From a virus (Duplodnaviria > Caudoviricetes), in the IMG/VR virus record IMGVR_UViG_2890906962_000004, positions 1 through 64,000 of that record: 64,000 nucleotides of DNA; one strand, 5' to 3'. Below the pieces are notes generated by a model, which did no database searches, was not told where the DNA came from, and was given only the letters and a program-made list of their open reading frames with translations. Made by a program: the position numbers and the translations under genes. Of the stretch, positions 37,183 through 46,535 are shown piece after piece. The first letter of the stretch is position 1. Each line of letters begins with the position of its first letter.

Positions 37183-38892
37183 ATGAGTAACACTCAGCGC
37201 GCGCATGACCGCGCAAAAGATATTAAGAACCGCGCCTCTGCAGTAATGGCGATGACCATTGGTGCAGTTGATTCCTCCGCTTCTCCTGATCTGCAATTAG
37301 AGCAACTGCAAAGATCTGTAGTAAAAAACCCAATGTTTGAAGGCGTTGATGCGCGTTTTGGCGTAACCGTTACTGGTGCGTGGACCGAAGCGTTACACAA
37401 CTACAAAGCATCCCACGGTAAATACCCGTCTGTAGAAGTCCTGGCTAACGCCCACAAATCCCTGCAAAACCTGATGACCGAGAGCGTTAAAGAGTCCGGT
37501 TCAATCAAGGGTCCGAACGCTGCAATGTTTGAGTCTGCAGCTGCAGACATGCGCACCTCTGAGGGTGTGATGAAACAAGCGATTTTCGCTGCAATGATCC
37601 TGCCGGCCGCTTTAGGCGCTGCCACCAGCGATGCGTGTACCTTTGTTCCGTGTGAGCGTGACATTGCCAAGATTTACGAACTGACCAACATCGCCGGTTC
37701 TAACTTTGGTACCTTCCGTGCCGGTGACGAACTGAATATGCACCGCACTGGCGCTTACTCTCAGATGCGCCGTACTGAGCGCTTTGCTCAAGACAACCAA
37801 CCAGACGGCACTAAGAAAGACTTCACGTTTTCTTTAGCAACGTTCCTGGGTACTGATGCGCCAATCATCAAAGGCCGCGCGAAGCTGTTAGTAAACCGCC
37901 GCGTTTCTAAGAAAGATGACTCTGACGGCAACCTGTATTTCAACGACACCGATTTCAACGGCGTTCAATACCAGGCAACCGGTAAAGTTGATTACGCGAA
38001 AGGCATTATCACTGTTTCTTTCAACACCGCACCAGCTGCCGGCACTGAATTAGCCGCACAAGTTGAGATTAACGTTGAAGGTAAAGCAGACCTTATCCCG
38101 GTTATCAACCAGACCATGCGCGAGTATGAGGTTAGCCCTTCACAGTACATCTTAGCGTCTGAGCACACTGTCCAGTCTGCGTCTGACTTACAACGTGAAT
38201 TCGGTTTAAACCTGCAATCTCAGCAATTCCAAGCGATGACTCAATGGTTATCCCACGAAACTGACATGGCGCGTTTACGTACTCTCGTTTTCCATACCAT
38301 CCCGAATTTCTCACGCGAATTTGACGTGGCACTGCCAGAAGGGCAGACCTACGAAAGTTGGGTAGGGATCATGAGCCATGCGGTTAACCGCCTGAGCACC
38401 GAAATGCTTAACCGTAACAAAGAGTCAGGCATCCGTGGTGGCTTTGCTGGTGGTGATGCAGCGAACTACTTACGTTCACTGCCTTCTAGCGTGTTCCAAA
38501 AGGACCCTAACTACGTCCAATCTCCATACGTCCAGTACATCGGTACGTTATTCAACACCATTCGTATCTACGAAGTGCCTAACCCTGCTTGTGAGTCCCT
38601 GCAAGCTGATGGCTTGGATTTCCAACCTTACGACATTTATTTCTACGGTCGCGGCGACAGCATCGGTAAAGCTGGCCTGATCGCAGGTGATGCCGTTCCT
38701 GCAATGCCGTTCGTTCATCCAACCGACAAAAACCTCGTTAACCGCACAACCATTTGGGGCTCTGCGCTTAACGAAATTCACCCACGCGGCGGTGAAAACT
38801 ACTTCTCTCGTTTACGTCTGACCAACTCCAAAGTTGGTTCGTTCGACATGCTTACCGGCAAGCCAATCGAGGCAGTGGTCACGGGAAAGTGA
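37183..38892 (+). CDS. major capsid protein (P1 gp23-like)
   Basis: 569 aa; LGAATSDACTFVP, GLIAGDAVP; precedes sheath as in P1. Confidence 0.9.
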   Translation: MSNTQRAHDRAKDIKNRASAVMAMTIGAVDSSASPDLQLEQLQRSVVKNPMFEGVDARFGVTVTGAWTEALHNYKASHGKYPSVEVLANAHKSLQNLMTESVKESGSIKGPNAAMFESAAADMRTSEGVMKQAIFAAMILPAALGAATSDACTFVPCERDIAKIYELTNIAGSNFGTFRAGDELNMHRTGAYSQMRRTERFAQDNQPDGTKKDFTFSLATFLGTDAPIIKGRAKLLVNRRVSKKDDSDGNLYFNDTDFNGVQYQATGKVDYAKGIITVSFNTAPAAGTELAAQVEINVEGKADLIPVINQTMREYEVSPSQYILASEHTVQSASDLQREFGLNLQSQQFQAMTQWLSHETDMARLRTLVFHTIPNFSREFDVALPEGQTYESWVGIMSHAVNRLSTEMLNRNKESGIRGGFAGGDAANYLRSLPSSVFQKDPNYVQSPYVQYIGTLFNTIRIYEVPNPACESLQADGLDFQPYDIYFYGRGDSIGKAGLIAGDAVPAMPFVHPTDKNLVNRTTIWGSALNEIHPRGGENYFSRLRLTNSKVGSFDMLTGKPIEAVVTGK

Positions 38893-39107
38893 AGTCGGTA
38901 GACGCGCAACCGTCTACCGATAACAGCGCTCAGGTCGCAGCAGCTCAGGCACAAGCCGAAGCTGACGCAGCCGCAGCAGCCCAGGCGAAAGCAGATGCGA
39001 AGGCTAAAGCTGACGCAAAAGCTAAGGCAGATGCGCAAGCTCAAGCCGATGCTGCAGCAGCTCAGGCTCAAGCCGATGCCGCAGCAAAAGAAACGGACGC
39101 TAAATAA
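38889..39107 (+). CDS. Ala/Gln/Lys/Asp-rich ORF, probable -1 frameshift extension of the capsid protein
   Basis: In the -1 frame right after G-GGA-AAG (38883-38889) at the capsid stop. Confidence 0.7.
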   Translation: MKSVDAQPSTDNSAQVAAAQAQAEADAAAAAQAKADAKAKADAKAKADAQAQADAAAAQAQADAAAKETDAK

Positions 39108-39158
39108 CGTCAATCTCTACTAATAAGCGCCCCTCGGGGCGCATTTTAGGAACAAGAA

Positions 39159-40748
39159 ATGAAAAAAATTAGTTTTGCGATGGGCTCAGCAGCCGGCATT
39201 GCAATTAATGAAGTTAACGCAACCGCAACCGGAAGTGTTGGCGCTGGTGGCGCAAGCGCCTTTGCAGGTTTAGTCCTGTCAACGCGTGGTGGCATTAACC
39301 GCGTTTTGAGCCTGACGGCTGATAACTTCACTAGCGTATTGGGTAAAGCACTGCATCCTCGTACTGGCGCGGCATTTGAGCCATACCGCCATGTACAAAC
39401 TGCCGTGTTAGGTGGCAACGGTAACGTTGTGCGCGTACCAGCACCAGGCATGATGATCCCTGCGGTCACGCTGCAGATGTTAGCCAGTGCAGACGGCAAG
39501 GGAACAACCTTTAAAGTGTCGAATACCGCGTTTGCTGCAGGTTCCACCCCTACAGTACCGGCTGGTTCATTCGGAATGATTTACGTTGATGACGGAGACG
39601 CTTCCGTTAACCGTAAAGTGCAGATCGTGCCAGACACGCAAAATACCGCGTTATACGACTTGAACCTAGTCGAAACGGGCAGTGATGGCGTTGATGTGCT
39701 TGTAGAGTCATTACAGGTTTCGTTCGATCCAGAAGCGCGCAACGATATGGGACAAACCGCCTTTATCAGTGCTGCATTAGAGAATAACAACTCACGTTTA
39801 CGTGCAGTTTTGAGCTCTGATGCTCTCGCACAATCTCTTAAAGCGACTGTAACCGCTGACTATACTCCATTCATTGGTGGTACTGACGGTGATTTCACCA
39901 AGGTTACTTCTAACGACTACGCCAAAGCGTTAGCCGTCCTGAAAAAGTCACAGGCAAACTTTACCGCGATCCTTGCGCTAGGATGCTATGACGCACCAAC
40001 GCTTATCGCGCTGAACCAATACGCTGCAGATTGCCGTGTCGATATGTTCTATGACGTGAAAGGCGCGCAAAACTCCACTGATGCAATCAAAGAAGCGAAA
40101 GGCCATAACTTAGGTGGGCAGCACACAGCCGCGCGTTACTACTTCCCATACAGCGCAATGGATAGCTACAGCAGCACTAACGTTGTTTACGGTATCAGCT
40201 GTGATGCGTTCGTAGCGAAAGCGAAAGGCGTTGCCCTGGTCAATGATGTTGGCGGCTGGCACTACTCTCCTGCAGGTACCTCGCGTGGCGTTCTGAACCG
40301 CTCAGGCATTTCTGTATTGCCTAACTTGGACGATCCAGACATGGAAGCGATGTATGCCGCGCGTATTAACTGCGTGTCAGTCACCCGTGCCGGCGATGTT
40401 TACATTGACGACTCTCTGACGACCTACGGTAAAGAAAACTATCTGCGCTTCCAGCACATTAGCTCGCTGTTAAACGCTATCGCGCGTGATTTCTACGCCA
40501 TCGCCGCTGACTTGAAGCACGAGCCAGACGGTATCACCCAAGACGGCCTGACCTCTGCAATGACTAACCTCCTTGAGCGTTATTACGCGGCCAACGCCTT
40601 AGTTACGCCACGCGATGCAAGCCAAGGTAAAGAGCCATTCATCGTGAATGTTCAGCAACTCGACATTGATAAGTGGCAAGTCACCTGGTCCGTCTGTCCG
40701 ACCGGTACCAGCCGCCGCATTGTCGGTACTCCTGTTTTACTGCGCTAA
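39159..40748 (+). CDS. tail sheath protein (P1 gp22-like)
   Basis: 529 aa; GGWHYSPAG..RG, YIDD.LT, LRFQH. Confidence 0.9.
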   Translation: MKKISFAMGSAAGIAINEVNATATGSVGAGGASAFAGLVLSTRGGINRVLSLTADNFTSVLGKALHPRTGAAFEPYRHVQTAVLGGNGNVVRVPAPGMMIPAVTLQMLASADGKGTTFKVSNTAFAAGSTPTVPAGSFGMIYVDDGDASVNRKVQIVPDTQNTALYDLNLVETGSDGVDVLVESLQVSFDPEARNDMGQTAFISAALENNNSRLRAVLSSDALAQSLKATVTADYTPFIGGTDGDFTKVTSNDYAKALAVLKKSQANFTAILALGCYDAPTLIALNQYAADCRVDMFYDVKGAQNSTDAIKEAKGHNLGGQHTAARYYFPYSAMDSYSSTNVVYGISCDAFVAKAKGVALVNDVGGWHYSPAGTSRGVLNRSGISVLPNLDDPDMEAMYAARINCVSVTRAGDVYIDDSLTTYGKENYLRFQHISSLLNAIARDFYAIAADLKHEPDGITQDGLTSAMTNLLERYYAANALVTPRDASQGKEPFIVNVQQLDIDKWQVTWSVCPTGTSRRIVGTPVLLR

Positions 40749-40760
40749 GAGGGCGATTAA

Positions 40761-41513
40761 ATGAGTAAGCAAACTATCGGCCTTATGGGCCTATCTATGG
40801 CGGCGTTCGGTAGCACCACGGCTCAGGCAATGCTTGAGTCTGCCGGCACTAAAAAAGGCGAACCTGAGAAGAAGGAGCCGAAAAAAGACGAGCCAGAAAA
40901 AACCGAGAAGGACGAGAAGGGCGCGAAGAAAAAGAAAGCGATCTTTGAAGCCGTTGAAGCGCGCGCCGCGCAAGATTCTCGCGCCCTGGCCGCGTCCCTG
41001 GTTACTGGTTGGGCGACTGATGGCTCCCCGGATGCAGACGACTTTGACGCCTTAGCTATCAACATGGCTGGCTTAGGTGACATTGACGAAAACACCGACC
41101 TGACTGATGACCAGGTAGATGCCTACAACGATGCGCTAAGCGCACTGGCTAGTGCTGCCGTATCACTTGGCGCTGATCAAGACGATGTAACGAGCATGAT
41201 CAATGACGAGGACGATGACGCTGCAGAGCGCGTTTATGACGCAATCAACGCCAACGTTTCGCCTGACGACTCTGACGATGCCGTTGCCGAGTATTCCGTA
41301 GCTGATGGTGCAGACGATGACGCAATGTTTGAGTCCACTATCAAGGTTGTCCGTAACGGTGTCGTAACGCTGATCAAAAAGCGCCTACGCCCACGCCGCA
41401 TGACCTCGCTACAGAAAGCGGCATTGCGCAAAGCCCAAAGCAAAGCGCATAGCTCAAGCGGAAAAATGGCGTTTCGCCGTTCCATGAAGCTGCGCGCTAA
41501 ACGCGGCTTGTAA
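40761..41513 (+). CDS. P1 gp21-like structural protein
   Basis: Acidic core plus basic C-terminus KVVRNG...KKR..R.T..QK.AL.KA..KAH. Confidence 0.8.
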   Translation: MSKQTIGLMGLSMAAFGSTTAQAMLESAGTKKGEPEKKEPKKDEPEKTEKDEKGAKKKKAIFEAVEARAAQDSRALAASLVTGWATDGSPDADDFDALAINMAGLGDIDENTDLTDDQVDAYNDALSALASAAVSLGADQDDVTSMINDEDDDAAERVYDAINANVSPDDSDDAVAEYSVADGADDDAMFESTIKVVRNGVVTLIKKRLRPRRMTSLQKAALRKAQSKAHSSSGKMAFRRSMKLRAKRGL

Positions 41514-41556
41514 CTGGACATTCCACCAGCTGCGGCTGGTGGATTAAGGGAACGTT

Positions 41557-42147
41557 ATGTTTTGTGGCGCAATTATGCCGGATGGGATTAGCCCCTATCT
41601 AAAAGTCTACTTCACGTCTGATACAGACATGGTTGTGGGCTATTTAGGGCAGGGGTCCAGTGCCAACATTTCCGCGCAATGGGAATCGCCATTTGAAAAC
41701 GCGAGCGTAGGCGGTGTCACCGGCGCAATTACCCGATACGGCCAACAAGCCGCAGGTGGTGCGCAAGTCTTCACGGGCTACACCTCTAAATCGTCTTTTG
41801 AGTCTCGTCTTGTGTGGGGTGGTCAGATGCCGCCTGAATTCACGATTGTTGTTGATCTCATGGCAACGATTAACGCGCAAGTAGAAGTCAACGCGGCGAT
41901 AACCACGCTCCTGCAGATGGCGTCACCTCAACTCAACAACCTAACACCTATGGGACGCCCACCAGCAACCGTAACGCTCGATATAGGGCGGCGATTAAAG
42001 CTGATGGACGTAGTGATCAAAGACGTCAGTTATGAGCTCGATGCACCGCGTACCGCTGATGGGTTTTACACCCACAACAAGGTGACGCTGCAGTGCTCAG
42101 GTGACGGGATGATCAACAAATCTGATATTCCATCAATGTTTATTTAG
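41557..42147 (+). CDS. PmgG-like tube-associated protein
   Basis: DG.SPYLKV, WESPF; synteny. Confidence 0.7.
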   Translation: MFCGAIMPDGISPYLKVYFTSDTDMVVGYLGQGSSANISAQWESPFENASVGGVTGAITRYGQQAAGGAQVFTGYTSKSSFESRLVWGGQMPPEFTIVVDLMATINAQVEVNAAITTLLQMASPQLNNLTPMGRPPATVTLDIGRRLKLMDVVIKDVSYELDAPRTADGFYTHNKVTLQCSGDGMINKSDIPSMFI

Positions 42148-42158
42148 GAACAAATATT

Positions 42159-42650
42159 ATGACCGGTTTCGCTAACTCAAAGCCTAACATGAGCTTTTTA
42201 AAACAACGCCTTAACCAAAACATCGCAGCCGGTGAGAAACTTATCTCTGCCGAATACTGGATGACCATCAAGGGATATGAAAATATCTCGGTACTGATCC
42301 GCTCAACTCAGTTACCGGAAATGACGCGTGAAGACGTTGAAGACGTTGGACCAGGCGGATTGAAGTTCAACCAACACGGCGTTATGCGTAACTCAGGTGA
42401 ATTCCAAGTTAGCTGTGTTGAGACTATCGAAGGGGATGTATTCAAAGCCGTCCGTGAGTGGGTGCGTGAGAAGAAGTACCTGGATATTACTATCTCTGCA
42501 GCGTCCGAGTCTAAAGGTGGCGAAAGCGGCGGTATCACTCGTTCATTCACCCACTGTAAAATTTACTGTGATGCGGTAGATTTCTCGTCTGAGGACGTCA
42601 CTACTGCAGTACGTCCAAGCCTACGTATTGTCTACAGCTGGGCTGAGTAA
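42159..42650 (+). CDS. BplB-like tail tube protein
   Basis: PEMTREDVED.GP.G.KFNQHG..RNSGE. Confidence 0.8.
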   Translation: MTGFANSKPNMSFLKQRLNQNIAAGEKLISAEYWMTIKGYENISVLIRSTQLPEMTREDVEDVGPGGLKFNQHGVMRNSGEFQVSCVETIEGDVFKAVREWVREKKYLDITISAASESKGGESGGITRSFTHCKIYCDAVDFSSEDVTTAVRPSLRIVYSWAE

Positions 42651-42652
42651 TT

Positions 42653-43207
42653 ATGACGCCGGCACAGTTACTTGAAGGTGTAAAAAACCGCTTCAAACCG
42701 CTGCTAGTGAGAGAGCCTGATACACAACAGGCACTCTTGCGTAAGGCGCTTGCGGCCTATCAAGACCGCGCTGGCGTTATGAAGGTAGTTAAGCTTGGCA
42801 AGGAGGACGTAACAGACGTTTCCTTGCCAGGTGACTTCTTAGCGCTTATCCATGTTGCAGATTCTAACGGTGGGCTTGTCTATGCCGATCCGATTGGCAA
42901 AACGGTAGAAATTGATCTGATGGGGCGCGAGCGGTTTCCGTTACGGATGTACTATTTTGCGAATCTCCGTGATTCTGACCACGATAGCTACGAGTTACCG
43001 GCTGATGCCGTTGGCATGATTGAGGACTATCTTGAAGCGTTGATAGCGGTTCAGAATACCGATCGGCAACGCCGTGTTGAAATTAGCGGTAAGTTTGATG
43101 CAAGCAACCTTCCTGATGAATCCACACTCCACCAGCGCGTTATTGACCTAGAGGATAAGATGGCCGCGAACCGGGCAATTATCCCAGGCGCAACATTAGT
43201 GCCATAA
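42653..43207 (+). CDS. PmgC-like head-tail adaptor
   Basis: MTP.QLLE.VK.RF..L...LRKAL..YQDRAG; synteny. Confidence 0.7.
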   Translation: MTPAQLLEGVKNRFKPLLVREPDTQQALLRKALAAYQDRAGVMKVVKLGKEDVTDVSLPGDFLALIHVADSNGGLVYADPIGKTVEIDLMGRERFPLRMYYFANLRDSDHDSYELPADAVGMIEDYLEALIAVQNTDRQRRVEISGKFDASNLPDESTLHQRVIDLEDKMAANRAIIPGATLVP

Positions 43208-43216
43208 GGGGGTAGG

Positions 43217-43960
43217 GTGGGCTTTTTCTCAGGCTTTGTTAGTACCTTTGGCAATACCGTTAAAAACGACGTGCAAAGCACGATCCGCACGGCGGCTCAA
43301 GATGCCGTATCGCGCGTGTCCTCGCGTATGTACTCAGACTTTAGCGGCGCTGTCTTCAAAGGCTTAAACACCGAGCTAACCAACGCTAAATCCATCGTAG
43401 CGCAAGCCATGCGCATACGCTACGCACAAGGCTGGCAGTGGAATATTGAGATCGAGGGCTTTGCCGGGTTGGATATGTACGTTAAGGACATAACCTATGG
43501 CTTTGGCAACATCGAGACAGAAAACACGCTGATTGGTAGCGTTGAGTTCAACAAGCCGACTCATGCAACGGCCGGTACCTTAACCGTTACAGTTCGAGAC
43601 AACGAAAAGAGGGAAGTGCGCAACTGGTTCTTAGAACGCAAGCGGCGTGTAACCAACTCTGACGGGACCTTGAATCTGCCTAAGCAATACCTGATGAAAG
43701 CGCGTATTTACAGTGTTGACCAGGAAGGGAAGCAAACGCTACTCGAAACGGTTGATGTATTCCCTACGCAATTTGGTGAGGTGTCGTTTGCTCGTGACCA
43801 GATAACCGAGTTTAGTTATTACCCGTTGACCTTTGTTCGCTATTCGTCTGCAGAGAGCAATCTGTTAGGCATGGCAAGCAACCTGGCGAAAGGTGAGATC
43901 ACTGGTGCGGTCAATAGTGCGGTAAGTGGCGGTATAGGCAAGCTAAGCAGCATGTTTTAG
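43217..43960 (+). CDS. Tub-like tail tube/initiator protein
   Basis: AQGWQW..E.EG...D..KDITY; synteny. Confidence 0.7.
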   Translation: MGFFSGFVSTFGNTVKNDVQSTIRTAAQDAVSRVSSRMYSDFSGAVFKGLNTELTNAKSIVAQAMRIRYAQGWQWNIEIEGFAGLDMYVKDITYGFGNIETENTLIGSVEFNKPTHATAGTLTVTVRDNEKREVRNWFLERKRRVTNSDGTLNLPKQYLMKARIYSVDQEGKQTLLETVDVFPTQFGEVSFARDQITEFSYYPLTFVRYSSAESNLLGMASNLAKGEITGAVNSAVSGGIGKLSSMF

Positions 43961-44110
43961 CCAGTGGCTACTTCCATAAAACGCGTTGGGTTTTGGCTCA
44001 GCGCGTTTTTTCCTAGAAAGGATAAGGCAGGGTTGAGTTTCGCTTTTTACGATGATGTGTTTATAAAGCGAGAAATTTGAATAAAATAATATCCGCAAAG
44101 TACGATATAT

Positions 44111-45046
44111 CTAGGCCCCACGGAATCCAGCCGGGATTTCATCATCAACAGGACTAACCTCTGTAGGGTCTTTCTTCCGTTTTCTTGGGGCCTTCTTTTG
44201 CGAAGGTGTATCTTGTTCAAGCACAGCTTCGTTTCGTTTGTTGAACGTCACAATATCCGACTTAACATCGAATAAAACCATATAGTCAGGAAGATTATTA
44301 TTTAATGCTAGTGATTTAATTTGCGCACGGAATTTAGACATTGGTATTAAGCTACCAACCCTGAGTTGTAGCTTATCCAATGTGATACTAAATGATTGAT
44401 TATTACCGCAAAATTTTCTTGCTATCTCGTACACTCTACGATCAACAGCTTTCCTTATCTGGAAGTATTCTTTTCCAATTTTAAGGACTTTTTTATGGCT
44501 CACTATTGAGCTATAGAGCCAGTCAGGGAGGGTGATTTCAATCATAGTAGCATCAGATTTATCAGGGTGATTAACAATCCGGTACCGTTCTATCAAGTTA
44601 AACCCTTCTTCATCTACCGCGCCGTCAGTACGGACGATATTGGTCTTTATTGAGGTACCCAAAAGCCTTTCCAGTGACTTATCTAAATCCTTATAGGACT
44701 TACCGCCAATGCTCCTATTCGTATTTTTTAAGTAATCATAAGCGGTGAATGCAATCACTCTTGAGCACTCAACATCTTCGTTAACAGCCTTTTGTAGCTT
44801 GGAAAGTGCATAAATCCATATATCTTTATCGAAAACGGTAGCCATTCCGATCCCGACAGCTGGCCGTACGGTCATAGTGACGTCCTTATTTTCGTACACT
44901 CTGACCTTTGTATCTCCACTTTGTAGGGCGAAAAAAGGGTGTTCCATACTCGATAATTCGTCCCTAAATGAATGAATATCAATAGAGTCTGCAATTAGTA
45001 CGCTTACATCTTTGTCTGTGGTGGCGCTTTTAGAATTCTTTGTCAT
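44111..45046 (-). CDS. plasmid replication initiator (replication initiator protein A family)
   Basis: SMEHPFFAL, GMAT.FDKDI.IY, RR.YEIARK.CG; adjacent iteron array. Confidence 0.9.
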   Translation of the reverse strand: MTKNSKSATTDKDVSVLIADSIDIHSFRDELSSMEHPFFALQSGDTKVRVYENKDVTMTVRPAVGIGMATVFDKDIWIYALSKLQKAVNEDVECSRVIAFTAYDYLKNTNRSIGGKSYKDLDKSLERLLGTSIKTNIVRTDGAVDEEGFNLIERYRIVNHPDKSDATMIEITLPDWLYSSIVSHKKVLKIGKEYFQIRKAVDRRVYEIARKFCGNNQSFSITLDKLQLRVGSLIPMSKFRAQIKSLALNNNLPDYMVLFDVKSDIVTFNKRNEAVLEQDTPSQKKAPRKRKKDPTEVSPVDDEIPAGFRGA

Positions 45047-45072
45047 CTGATTCCCAACCTAATCTCGTCCAT

Positions 45073-45350
45073 TCGTACATCGCGGATATTCATTCGTACA
45101 TCGCGGATATTCGATCGTACATCGCGGATACTAAATATTTATTGTACTTCGCGGATAGTAGATTGTCTTTTAACCGTATGCAATGAATTTAGTGTACTTC
45201 GTGGAAAATTATGTACAAAAAATAGATTCGTACATCGCGGATAAACATTCGTACATCGCGGATGAATCGTTCGTACATCGCGGATAGAATATTCGTACAT
45301 TGCGGATAAACTATCGTACATCGCGGATAATCCATCGTACATCGCGGATA
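45073..45350. repeat. iteron array, consensus TCGTACATCGCGGATA (~11 copies)
   Basis: Copies at 45073, 45094, 45115, 45142, (45192 degenerate), 45228, 45249, 45271, 45293, 45314, 45335; mostly 21-22 bp period. Confidence 0.93.
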
Positions 45351-45360
45351 GGGGGTGTTT

Positions 45361-45500
45361 TTTTTACTATTTAAATCATGAGGTTAGGAGCCATTTTTTT
45401 TACGTAACTGTTTAACTGTTTAACTAGATCTTTATAACTGTTATTTAACTGTTTAACTAAAGATCATATATGGTCAGTTTAAACGATCCACTGGATAAGT
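45361..45500. other. AT-rich origin unwinding region
   Basis: Repeated TAACTGTT units and GATC sites next to the iterons. Confidence 0.7.
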
Positions 45501-45524
45501 ATTCGCTGCCAGAAAAATACCAGC

Positions 45525-45548
45525 CTCAAATAACGAACCCCTTTTAAT
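45525..45548 (+). promoter_or_regulatory. putative late promoter (variant)
   Basis: CTCAAATAACGAAC + 4 nt + TTTAAT upstream of the pmgB-like gene. Confidence 0.55.
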
Positions 45549-45577
45549 AGCCTCAAATTGACATAACGAGGCTAATT

Positions 45578-46405
45578 ATGAACCTTCCATCATTTCCCCT
45601 ACCTTCACAGCCTTTTGCGGAGGTTATCTTTCGCTCGCCTACCGTGCGCGATTCTATGGAATACATCGACATTCAGCCGTTTGATACGGAGAAAGTCACC
45701 ACTAAATATCTCAATGCCTTGCAAGTCGGTGAGATCAACGATAGCGGCTTATGGACCCAACAAGACCGCCGCACCGCCTTGTGGTGGATTTTCGTTAACT
45801 CTCGTGACAGCGCTTATCTGACGTACCAATACGAGTGTGGCCACTGTAAAGACTTCCACTTTGCAGACGTAGATATGAGTGATTTAAGCCAGGGTTATTC
45901 AGTCCTAGAAGTGCCACCAGCGATCGAGTGTGAAATCCCCGTAGAAGGCAATCCGGTTAAGTGGCAGCTAGTGCCTCTCGATGGCCGATCAGCTGAAATG
46001 CTTGAATACATGAAATACCAGTTACCACAAGCCGGCAGCGAAGGCTATGAAGCCGCACTGACCGAACTACGCATAGCCGAACTGGCACTAATGACCCGAA
46101 CGAAAGATGACCCGGAAGACTACAAAGCCGCAGCCGATCACCGTATGGACATGATTAAACGCATGGACCTTAACAGCGAGTTTTCGCCGCTGGTGGCGCG
46201 TATTCAGCTAATGACGCGTGATTTAAAGCATGGCTTGGATATGGACGTAGAGAAAACCGGTGTATTTCTCAACCTACCACAACAATCCTGCAAGAAAACC
46301 AAAAAGGGGGAGCCGCAGCTATTCACAGCACTGCGCGCCCCATTTCGCAATACAGAATTTATCTCACGGATTAGATCGGAATGGATGGATAACCATCATC
46401 AATAA
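45578..46405 (+). CDS. PmgB-like tail/baseplate assembly protein
   Basis: WT.QDRR.ALWWIF, Y.C.HC; precedes tape measure. Confidence 0.75.
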   Translation: MNLPSFPLPSQPFAEVIFRSPTVRDSMEYIDIQPFDTEKVTTKYLNALQVGEINDSGLWTQQDRRTALWWIFVNSRDSAYLTYQYECGHCKDFHFADVDMSDLSQGYSVLEVPPAIECEIPVEGNPVKWQLVPLDGRSAEMLEYMKYQLPQAGSEGYEAALTELRIAELALMTRTKDDPEDYKAAADHRMDMIKRMDLNSEFSPLVARIQLMTRDLKHGLDMDVEKTGVFLNLPQQSCKKTKKGEPQLFTALRAPFRNTEFISRIRSEWMDNHHQ

Positions 46406-46535
46406 CTTGGCCCTATACGGCTATCAGCCTGTTAGTGATGTTGAGAGCCTAGCCAGTTGGCGCGCCCTCGATATGAACAAAGCATTGGAAGAAAAATATA
46501 AAAATGCCGCCAAGCAGGGCAAGGGGGGAACTTGA
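46260..46535 (+). CDS. small tail-assembly ORF overlapping pmgB (start uncertain)
   Basis: C-terminal WITIINNLALYGYQPVSDVESLASWRA looks protein-like; stop coupled to tape measure start. Confidence 0.5.
   Translation: MYFSTYHNNPARKPKRGSRSYSQHCAPHFAIQNLSHGLDRNGWITIINNLALYGYQPVSDVESLASWRALDMNKALEEKYKNAAKQGKGGT

Noticed and set aside
45073-45350. Possible CRISPR array, and the 67-aa ORF 45139..45342
   Set aside because: Repeats are 16 bp with mostly ~5-6-nt gaps next to a rep gene, so they are iterons; the ORF is a translation of the repeats
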